Assembly (NCBI RefSeq): GCF_000150275.1
Contig: NW_002060972.1
Coordinates: 376,500-440,499 of the forward strand
DNA from: Trichoplax adhaerens
Lineage: Eukaryota > Animalia > Placozoa
Direction of reading: 5' to 3'
Length of the DNA stretch: 64,000 nt
Of this stretch, positions 53,276-64,000 are shown piece by piece. The notes under the pieces are model-generated. The model did no database searches and was not told where the DNA came from. It worked only from the letters and a program-made list of their open reading frames with translations. The translations under genes and the position numbers were made by a program. The first letter of the stretch is position 1; each line of letters opens with the position of its first letter.

Positions 53276-55628
53276 TACAGTCTTCAGTAGATATAAACTG
53301 TACTCTACTTTAAATCAACTTTTGTAATATTACATCCTTCGTTGATATGAAATAGGAAAGTAGTAATATTGACTAAACCTTCATCTACCAGCACATAGAA
53401 TATAAAATCATTTTCATTGCAATAACGCAAGTCGATTTTCGATATCGAAATTCGAAAACGAAGGTAAACATGCTGTACAGTTGAACATTCGCTCGATCTA
53501 TCCAAGCGATCAATAAATACGTCCATTGGTGTATCAACATGAACACCAGATTAAGGATAATAACAGCACCATCAGATCTTCCAGCTATCTTGGAGATGAC
53601 AGTATGTGCCTAGCTAATGGACGTCTTTTACGAACAAGTGAAGACCACTTTTTCAGTTCGTTAATCGCTTAGCTGGTCAACTAGTTTGTCAATTGCTATT
53701 CAATTGTCAAGACGATAATCGTTGGTGGTGATTAAGATTTCTTCAGTAATAAATAGTAGTCAATCTCGGACTATCTCGTTTACACTATCGTTGACGCCAT
53801 CATTATACCATAGTATTCGGTCGTTGGAACTGAATGATAGAGTGATATAGCGAATCTCGCCTGTAGAAGTTAGGCGTTCTTCATAAACATTGGCGTATGT
53901 AGACTAATTTGTCTCTAGTGGCGTATCACACATAGAAATCACCTTCGACTTAATGCATGGCAAAGTGTATCTGCAATGATAATAAATCACAGTAAACCTT
54001 TGCATTATCTTCACCGTGCTATTGATAGATTAGTATACACTATTTCTTTCACGGTATACAGTGGGTCTTACAAATACAGCCAGCTAGTCATGATGCCCTT
54101 TCCAAGCAGTCAAGAAGCTACGGTAGGACAAGTCTGCTTTAGTCGTCTCTCCAATTCGCAAATCTTCATCACGCCTACTGTACTGCACCTACTGTTCCAC
54201 TAGTATGCCACTTGGACCAGTATTATGATATGTACTGTACTAGACGATTATACGAGTATTACTGCGCTCTCGCAAAGATTACTTGTCTGCCTCCAACTAC
54301 CCCACGAAAGAAGTTTCCTGCTATCGCTACTGGCCTGCCAATAATTGATTCAACGTTCAATAACGAGCTTCCTCCTTAGGTACCATTAAGATTCTTGGAA
54401 AGAAGATTGTGCTAATATTATATCGATTCGAATTGGTATTGCAATCTTAGTGTCAATTGTCATGCTTAAAATGATATCTTAAACATGTTGTCAGCAAAGT
54501 CAACTCGATCTCTTTAATTAGAATGAATGGACTAGCTCAGGGACTAGCCAGTCAAAATTCCTTAATGCAAGAATAATTACTACCAATGCTGTGAAGAAAT
54601 AAGATATTTCAGTGGATTTCAATACTACAGAATGGAAACGGATAGACGTTGCGTGATTTAGAACAGCTGATAACACAACTAAGAAATACTGTGTTACATG
54701 AATAGGAGTTGAAACTTGGCGATATTTTGGTGCAACAGTAGAAAGTAGATAAAACGATCGTGCAACTGGTCATCGCTCGATAAGATTAAATTCAGTTCAA
54801 TAGCCTATTCTACAGTACTTCTGAAAACGAGTAGTTAGGATGATTTAGAATCTAGATCCGCTAGTTCATCAATTACGTTATGCGGTTGCGGTAGAAATCG
54901 TATGTAACGGAATTGTCAAGGGATAGTAGTCTGCAGCAACAAAATGAACTCTTGTATGTATTTTTACTCCTCTACTATGGATGACATCCGAGAATCAGTT
55001 CAATTTAACAGTACTGTAGATAGTTGTCGACAAGAGCACTAAATTATCAATATTCGATTAATCATTGATGCCGTTGCTCTTAGTAGCATTGTCGTTATGT
55101 TCACGCTGCAATATTTACTGATGCAATCCTACGATAGAATGAAGTAGGTTTACTGTAGACTACTCATCAATATTTAGATAAGGTTCCTTATCTTGACATA
55201 TTAAGATGTTAGTAATGTCTTATTTCACTTCACTTCCTTCATTTTCCTACACCAACATAGTATGATTGACTTAAACAGGTTATTGATGCTTAAGCGATAC
55301 TTTTAAATCGATAAATTACTACAATGAAGGGCTCTGGAGTTAACGATAAGGCTGTGAGGAGGTTTACGATTTGGATTAGTTTGATCTTGTTACTCGTTGA
55401 TAACATGTCCGTTTGCTAATAGTTTTGCGTTTATATCATTCGTCGATAGCTTTATGTTTTTCTGATTTAGTAAAATAGATTCAATCGCTGGATTTACATG
55501 TTTATCGTTATACTCTAATAACACAGTAGCAGTTATCATTTAAGTTAATTGAGTATAATAATTTTTAATATCCTTATCACTAATAATTGACTTGTGAATT
55601 GATTGTAGTAAAGGACCGCGAAACAGAA

Positions 55629-57726
55629 ATGTTACCTAAAATTACACACGTCATCTTTGACATGGATGGATTGCTATTAGGTAACATAATTTTCATATGT
55701 GCTAATATTGCACATAAAATGCAGTAATTGCTAATATTAACTAGATATGAAAGAATCCGAATAGAACTTGTATTCCTTGCTGAACTCCAATTATGACATG
55801 ATGGTGTTCTCCTATGCACCATCACACCTACGACTATAGTTTATTCTGATGATGTACTACATTACGTTCAATGATAACAGCTCTCTTATTCTTAATTTTT
55901 ACGCTAATATTTGTTATACAGAAGAGAGTTGCAGGCTATGATAGGATACCGTAAGGGATTCGTGTATAAAAGAATGAGGCAATATTCAGCCTGATCGCAA
56001 AATATTTGTTAAATATTGAATAAACTTGAGTATTTTAGCATAATTTATAAATATTTGATAAACTGGTGTATCCAGGTGAATTAGATGACCGGCCATAGTA
56101 CTGCTTATTTAATTGCAAACTTGATAGGAAAACTAATCGTAGAATATTGACAATAGCAATGATTACTTGTTTTGTACGTTATGATATAGTTTCTCAATAA
56201 TACAGCAAGACTTCTGTTTCTTGTTGAACTTTATTTCATTAAAGCAGTTCTTTTACCCTATCTCTATAAATAGATGTTTATATTGTTTTTCAATTTAGCT
56301 TACATCATGATCTGTTTAGACGCATGCATTTGACTTGTTACAATCACAAGAAAAAAACTTCTATTCAACCTGCATTGGGCATGTAATGGTAATAGCAAAA
56401 GTATTATTTTTAGAGATAAGTTGGCACTTTTACGTTATAACGCTAAGGCTTCAGTGTTTTGCATATTATTATACTTACTGTCATTGTTTTAGCTCTTGGG
56501 TTAATAAGTATTCAGTAAGCCAGCTCCAACATCACTAGATCAGTACGTTGGCTGGCTTAACCTTTTTGTAGCAACTACTTCAAGTTTCATCATTTGCCCA
56601 AAAATAAGTTACTAACATATCTAGTATGATCAAGGAAATTATTGAACTTACAATTAGATTGCCCCAGTCGATCTAGCATGCTACGAAAAATTCAAATTTT
56701 AATCATTTTTGTGACAAACGTTATAAAATAAGAATTTGAGCTTATTGCTAGTGAGGTACATATATTAAATTTATTTTCCTGCCAATATATTGTAAATGCT
56801 TCGTTGGGTTTCGTTTCCACTATTTATTGGAAACTGTGCCGCGTCGTGTAGAATATGCTTGTTATGAAATAAATAATTCAGGAAAAATTTTTCCGTGACT
56901 CATAATTATGATAGATTCAGAGAGAATTTATACTGAAGTTACGCAAGAAATTGCTCAGAGATACGGTAAAAATTTTACTTGGGATATTAAAGTGCAATTA
57001 ATGGGTAGAACTCAAGCAAAATCCAATGAGATAGCTTTGAAATTAATGGATCTGCCAATGACACCAGAAGAATATGCAACAGAAACTAGAAGACTTCAGC
57101 AAGAAAAGTTTAAACATGTCGCTTTAATGCCTGGAGCGGAGCGCCTTGTTCGTCATTTACATCGTCATGGAATACCTATATGCGTTGCCTCTGGTTCGGC
57201 CAAATATAATTATGATATTAAAGTTACTAATTATCAAGACCTATTTGGGTTATTTCATCACGTAGTTCTGGGTTCTGATCCTGAAGTAAAGCGTTGCAAA
57301 CCAGACCCTGATGCATTTCTTGTGGCAGCTTCTCGATTTGATAATCCTCCGGCTGATCCAGGTAACTTCTTATGATCAGTTGCATTTATCCCTAGCTTTA
57401 AATTTGCAGGATGATTTATAATGAATGTATTGTTATACTTACGTGGATTGGCAGAGAATTATACACGTTTTCGAATCCTAGTCTTTATCTTTTAAACTTG
57501 TTAACTTTGTATTTTATTGTTGTTTTCGACAATTTGTAAAGAAAATGTACTAGTATTTGAAGATGCCGTACATGGGGTTGCTGCTAGTTGTGCTGCCAAA
57601 ATGCCCGTAGTGATGGTACCTGATCCGAGAATGGACCCCGAACATTTCAAGAAAGCAACCCTCGTTCTGAAATCACTAGAAGAATTTAAACCAGAAGAAT
57701 TTGGATTACCTCCGTTTGATGAATAG
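55629..57726 (+). CDS. PUDP: Pseudouridine-5'-phosphatase (HAD-superfamily, HDHD1/PUDP/GS1-like), 227 aa
   Basis: Exons are 55629-55680, 56915-57361 and 57542-57726 (684 nt, GT-AG, both introns phase 1). HAD motif I is ITHVIFDMDGLLLDSERIYT, motif II CVASGS, motif III KPDPDAF and motif IV LVFEDAVHGV. The C-terminus SLEEFKPEEFGLPPF is typical of HDHD1. Confidence 0.95.
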
Positions 57727-60198
57727 CATAAGGCATTAACATTGGACTGATGCTTGTTTCATCTTTGTTGTATGATATATACAATTACCATCGAAGCAAT
57801 GATTATAGAAACTAGATTGAAAGCAGTTTATGATAGACTTTTTGTTTATAATCAAATTAGATTCAAAAGTTTGTGTTTCTAGACGGTTACCGTACTATTT
57901 TGTCACACGCATGCCAATAGCACTAAATGAAAATGACTGTTTGTAGTATAAAGTGATTGTCGAGGGCGTAGTAACTTATTTTACCTGTTAAACTGATTAA
58001 AATATCACCTTGCTTATGGAATGACTCATTAACGTCAGTAGTTTAATACAGTATATGAACTCTTTGCAGTTTAAGGCAAATAAATGATATATTTTTTAGA
58101 AAGTCAAAATTGAAAATTATTCAGGAAATTCAGCACAGATTAACTAGGACTATTCAACAAACGTGATCATATTATTTTCCGTGAAAGCTTTTTTCTAACT
58201 AACTTTTGGATAATATACATTGAGAAGGATTGTGTTATTGAAATGATGAGCAAAACTGCATTAGCCAATTTCACTGGATTTAACCAATATGTCATTTTTA
58301 TTGTAGACTTCCTGTTTTTTACGCTGTGATGATCACAAGCGAATTTTTAATTTGTATTAAAAGCCTTTGATTAATAAGTATAGAGGCAATTTATTGACAG
58401 ATACAACTGCATAGAATATTCAAATCACCGCGTAACAATCGAAGGTCTGCATATAAAGATGCGCTACTCATCAAGAAATTATGGATCTTCTTTCTGTTGA
58501 TGATAGACACTGCTTAACTTTTAGTAGTTCCTTATGCTAATATGCTATTCTAAGGCTAAAAGGTGATCAACCGCAATCCTCCTGGGATTGATTTAGTTAT
58601 TTCTTTTGAGTCGCTTAACTTGTTCATTCCGACCATCAAGGCGATAATCATATAGTTAACTAATCAAGTTGGTCACAATCATATTGAATGTTCATGTTTG
58701 TTACTATTAAATCAGACCGAACTAAATCCATAGATTAGGCCTTTCTGGCAGTAGCATAAAAGTTCATCAGTTCAACGACTTTGGATAAAAAATCAATGTA
58801 GAATTTTAATGTTTATGGTGAATAATTAATTTATGCGTACCATTGCACGTTTCATAATTTTCATCGTCAATATGGCAGTTCATGATTATTTTATAATAAG
58901 CAGTGTTTAGCAAGACAATATTACAGTAACTTAAGTAAATCTAGTGCAAGCCTAAATAATATTGGAATGAGCTGAGTTATGCTAAGTCAAATAGAATTAA
59001 GACTAAAAAAAATCAAATAGAGTCATTGTATTATTGCGCGAAAAATATGATATATCAGGGTACTTACAGCTCGGCACTGACAAATATTTAAACCTACCAA
59101 TGAATTTTCTACTTAACGAAACAATCTAAAGAATTGTATCTCTTCTGCTTGCTTAAATAACAAATTTATAATATAGTGTCACGGTACGAACTACCGTGAA
59201 GAAATAGCCATCTAAATTTGGTTAATATAATATAGTGATAATATATTACAACTAGTTACTTACAGTAGGAATTATTCTAATTATAAATGTGTTACAGTAA
59301 ATTTAGTGCTGTGCTGTAATGTGCACTGAAATGATTCTGTGAATGGACGTATTGTAGTCAGACTGTGAAAAACTAGTTAGTAGATGTTCTCACCTAAGTA
59401 TTTTTATAAGATGACTTGTGAATGTTAGCTGCTGTAGAAGGGTATATAAGCCCGTCAGATAGTTGAATAAAGCAGTTCTCAATTGTCTAGTTGAGTTTAA
59501 CGCAGTATCAAAGGCGTCTAAATTCTTGTGAGGTAGTTAAGGGATACTGAATCCCGTAGACTATAGTAATTTAGAGATTTATTTTACGTTATCCTTTTCA
59601 CGAAGCTGGTTTTGTGACATATACTACCATAATAAAATACTTCCATATGTACGTTGCATTTTTATACATCATCCATAGTGGCTATATATTTATTTAAGGA
59701 GACCATACTAAGCTATAATCTCATACTAGTATAATCTCGTACTATCCTAACTCCCTACTCATTTTTCTTCTCATACCTTTTACTGAATACGGTATAGAGG
59801 CATATGGCTTTTAAATTGCGAAGCTTAGCTCGCAGATAGGGTTCAGTTTTTGAAATCGCATTAATGCAGATTTTCCTACAATAAAAGATAATGCTTTGCC
59901 TATAAAGCACCTTCCTCTGTTTCAAATCATTACAAACCTCCAGACAAGGAACTATGTCATATTTTGTAAATATAACGTTAACTATTCTTATTTTATCCAT
60001 TGTAAAACTAAAAGGAGTGTCAAAGAACGGTAATAATTATTATACTATAATTAATTTACTCAACACAATGCTGTTTATTCAGTATGTTATGAACTATATT
60101 CTAGGGTTTACGTTCATACTTCAAGCACTAAATACAGTATGATCCTGTTATATTCATTATTCACCCATTATACTACAGTACAAATGCAGTATGCTTAC

Positions 60199-63150
60199 CT
60201 GGAGTATCACTAGTAAAACATATTTCTGGTCTAAGAGAAAGCCTTATAGTGAAATGGTACAAGGTTATCTTTTCATCAAACCATCCATAATCAGCAGATA
60301 CATTATTTCGTAAATCTAAAGTATGTACCATAAAGTCGTGCTCTATTACATAATCATAATTATTCATTATATTTGATATAAAGATGGACTTCAACATAGC
60401 GAATTTATCTGAAACTGAATCCAATTGTCCCTTTGGATCATGAAGAGTATAGTAAATCATTGCTTATAAATATTATCGCCGATAAACTAAGATAATGCAA
60501 ATACCCTATACGGAAAGCGAATTCTGTACAACGTTCGTATAAATTCAACCATTATATAGTAACTACCAGTAATTATCAGAGGATAGAGCTTCAGCGTAAT
60601 TGGAAAAAGGAATATAGTAATCTTAGAAACTTACTCTTGGGAACAGATCCAACAGTTAAGATCGATATCGCTGTATCGAGTTAGGACTACCTTTACTAAT
60701 TCTACTCTATGGAAACGCAAATTACCATTAGTATATGGTAAAATAAAGAACTAAGCAAGTATTTGATTGCTATTTCTTATACATCTATACCCTGACTGTA
60801 GTCTTGCAATATGAATCTGCCTCTGATCTCGAAGTTACGAGCTTTAGAATAGTAGTGGATTCACAATTAATAGTTGCAGTCTTTAGTAAAATGAGTAATG
60901 TAATCTAAATGAACTAATTCAAAGATGCCTATATCGCAGAGTTAACTTGGTAACAAGTGATATTGCTAGATTAATTATTAATATTTCTACTTACTTTCAT
61001 TTTCTTTAATTTTATTAAATAATTAATTAGATGGATCGAATAGTGAGTTGTTGCATAATATCATCTTAAACTGTGCTACATTGCATGGACTTTTCAATTA
61101 AAATGTTTCTTTTATATAAAAGATTGCGGTGCTTGCACAAGGCAAGTATTTCGAGTACTTGGAATATATGAGTATCTATAAGGCCAATTCTATTATTTTA
61201 TTACCGGATTCAATGACATTGGAATAAATTATCGTTACTATAGACTTGCTGGAATAGTGCATTTGATTTCTCATGGACGATGCTTACGATTGTACTAATT
61301 CGTATACAGTACATGATTCAATATCGACATCTCGATCAGTATCATCCCGACCTTTCATTAATCAGAAAAGTAGCAACGTGCTGGTAATGAATGTAACTGA
61401 TATTATCTTCATCTAGATGACATATAATCTTTTTCTTAATACTCCTCTATATGCTTTAATTTCCTTTGTTATTGAACCACATTTATTTTCACAATCTATC
61501 GTACCTATCGATTCGAAAATTACTGATCATAGATGAAATTATGCTATCGAAAAATGAAGTCAGATTTATTTTACTTTGCCGTATCACTAAGTGAAAGAAT
61601 TCCATTCTGGAGTACTAAACGATTTTATAGCAAATTAAACTTGAACTTGCGAGCTTAATAAATTTTTGATGATACAATCGCATTCTACAAAGAATATTAG
61701 AAATCGTACATGTATCATATGTGGAATATGGGGTGGTTTTCTAAGACAGAACTCATCCATTTTAAAAAATTAATGCTATAATAACTTGAGTTATCTTCAA
61801 TAGTCTTACAGCATTCAATTTTATAGTGACCCTAAAATTACGTACAATAGTCATATATACAGTAAAATGAATTCGTTATAGGATCTACATTGTTCGTGAC
61901 CGATACAATTTGATAGCTAGACCAACAGACTTCTAGTTAACTGCGTTCTTCATTATTCAAAAATGAAGAAGAGATTTATGTTTCTTTAAATTAGTAAAGC
62001 AATTATCATATTTTATAGCTCTTCGTTCATAAACTCACTTTATTATGAGGTAGCTACTATCTGAATACGCTTAACTATAAGGCGCATCGACTATTAAAAC
62101 ACATGAAACGGCAAAGTATCAGTGTGATACAGGGTAAAGGTGATCGTATGTAAACAGAAATTAAATCTAGTACAGACATACTGAGATATTTTACGTATGA
62201 TTTATGACAGACAACGTACGTATGCTTATGAACTCGCAATAGAAAGCATCCGGTGATCAAAGCGGATAAACTACGCATATTTTGTTCCGATAGTGATAGA
62301 ATATCCTATCCTCGAGACATAATATTTTAAAAATGAGAAATCGATTTGCAATTTTTCTTCACTAAATGGAGAAAAATTAGCAATCTTCGATAGAGTTCGA
62401 TGCTATATTGCCAATCAAAGAGATAAATTTGCCGACTATAATTTAGTTAAGGCAAGTAAATAAATTTTAGTTATTACTAATTAATACCGAAATATAAGGT
62501 CATCAGAATACTAGAATGACAATCAGCTGAATATAATTACCAATTTCTGGTTGAAATTATATTTTTAAAGAAATAAAATACAAGGCTTAAGAAATACTAA
62601 AGCGATAATGACAATGCAATTAATTTTTCAACTACATAAATGGACTATCATAGATTCCAGGAAGCAGCGCTATTAATTTTTAAATTCATTCTTACTATTG
62701 CTGTACTTTTTACAATGCATAGGTACGAGTATTTTATTGCATTGGATGGTATTTCTTTTTGAATTGGAAAGTAATCATAAAAATTATTATTCCCATTTCT
62801 AAACATTTATAGGATTTATAAAAAATCTTTGCTGATTGTGGCCATGGAGATAGCCGAAATCGCGTGAATGCTGTAGGAAAAGTTAGTTATGGTATTACTC
62901 CTTAAGTAATGGCATAATCCGTACAGTATACATATCATTGATAATTTAAAAATAGAATCAGGTAAATTTATTGCCGGTACTGGTCAATTTGATCTATTTT
63001 TATCGTTTCAACTATTATTGCAATGACAAATTAATTTCATTACATGCGTAGAAATCTCCTCTGTCTAACATTAACAATAAAACTACTATCCAATAACGTA
63101 GCCAAGATTAATATGCTGAATATCATAAGAATTTTTGTACGATATAAACA
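60199..63150 (-). pseudogene. Probable decayed cadherin-repeat gene (exon-like fragments with stops and frameshifts)
   Basis: Exon-like 61412-61205 (tag|..|gtaata) reads FLINERSG*/TDRDVDIESCTVYELVQS*ASS..SSKSIVTIIYSNVIES, following cadherin repeat order (F.IN..SG.I.T...LD.E...YEL.V.A....SS...VTI.V.DV). An open exon-like ORF at about 60462-60199 ends at a strong donor CCAG|gtaagc (MIYYTL...FDEKITLYHFTIRLS). Weaker pieces lie near 60630-60690, 62690-62870 and 63050-63110. The boundaries are approximate. Confidence 0.4.
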
Positions 63151-64000
63151 ATAGAATAGAAGGTTGATAACTTAACAAGACAGATGCCAAACTTTGTTCA
63201 ATCGAATAAATTGATGGAAACTTTTTCTTTACCATGACAATTGAAACATAGCAAAGAAGATATTAAATTATTATGATATTAAATCTACCAGATCTAATTG
63301 TAGATTTGCATGAGTAGATCACTTCATATCTAAGTATGTTTGTTATATTTCCTATATAAATAGAACAGCACGCAGTAAGTCTTAAGTTCGTTTAAGACTC
63401 AACCATTACAGTATTGCATGTCTACATCATTAGATATTTGCCCTCAGTTAATAAAGGCGATGTGGACTATATTAATATTGTGATTATATTTTAAGATTGC
63501 GATATATATGTGTCATAACTACTACATAGAAAAATTGATTTAATCCCATATTACTATGGAAATGCAGTTTGGGGTTGAAATAGATAATCAAATCAATAAT
63601 CAGTGACTATTAAACTGGTACTATCAATTGTAGATGTTATAAAATGCTAGAATATAGCCCCATAAAAATTGATAAGGGTGATTTTTAGCTTTACTTTGCC
63701 TTCGGAATAAATTAAACAATTGAAGACCGACAGAAATATTAATGGAAAGTATCATCATTATTTCATGATCGCTAAGGTATAAGTAAATGCCTGAAAACAG
63801 AAGCAAGATGATGGAGCTTAGGATAAGGAATATTTCTATTCTTTACTTAACTATGACTATAATAAAGGTTCAATAAAAATCAGGGGCGTTAAAATTAAAT
63901 GACTAATATATTTATATTGGTAATATCATTCCAATTCAGTAGAATATAAACTACGAACGAGTTGCATATAATTATACTTAATGCTACTGGCTTTTCATTC

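Larger units (their letters stand above)
52070..53305. mobile_element. Cluster of putative Tc1/mariner excision footprints (TA-CAG-TA, TA-CTG-TA, TA-CA-CTG-TA)
   Basis: There are dozens of such motifs. Paralogous copies differ by exact CAGTA/CTGTA insertions after a TA (52959-52965, 53051-53057, 53131-53137). No element body was found. Confidence 0.6.

Noticed and set aside
55580-55825. 81-aa minus-strand ORF
   Set aside because: It is antisense to PUDP exon 1 and intron 1, with no recognisable protein features.

Overview
This is AT-rich (roughly two-thirds A+T) eukaryotic, intron-containing animal DNA. The compact introns and divergent metazoan genes suggest an early-branching animal such as a placozoan; that is an inference, not shown directly. 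Three intact spliced genes can be built by hand with consistent splice phases: a glypican (+, 6 coding exons, 33063-41233, about 668 aa), a Rubicon/RUBCN-family autophagy regulator (-, about 19 exons, 51977-44295, about 1007 aa, with a GC-AG intron) and a PUDP/HDHD1 pseudouridine-5'-phosphatase (+, 3 coding exons, 55629-57726, 227 aa). Rubicon and PUDP are divergent. The region between them is saturated with TA-CAG-TA / TA-CTG-TA motifs. Comparing local duplicate copies shows these motifs are 5-bp insertions at TA sites, the signature of Tc1/mariner excision footprints, and they build a repeat-spacer-like array. I found no intact gene in the first ~31 kb, only decayed fragments (Death-domain-like, gypsy-integrase-like). 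The glypican has a long ATG-depleted leader. The last ~5 kb hold a probable cadherin-repeat pseudogene. Most short ORFs in the supplied track are spurious.
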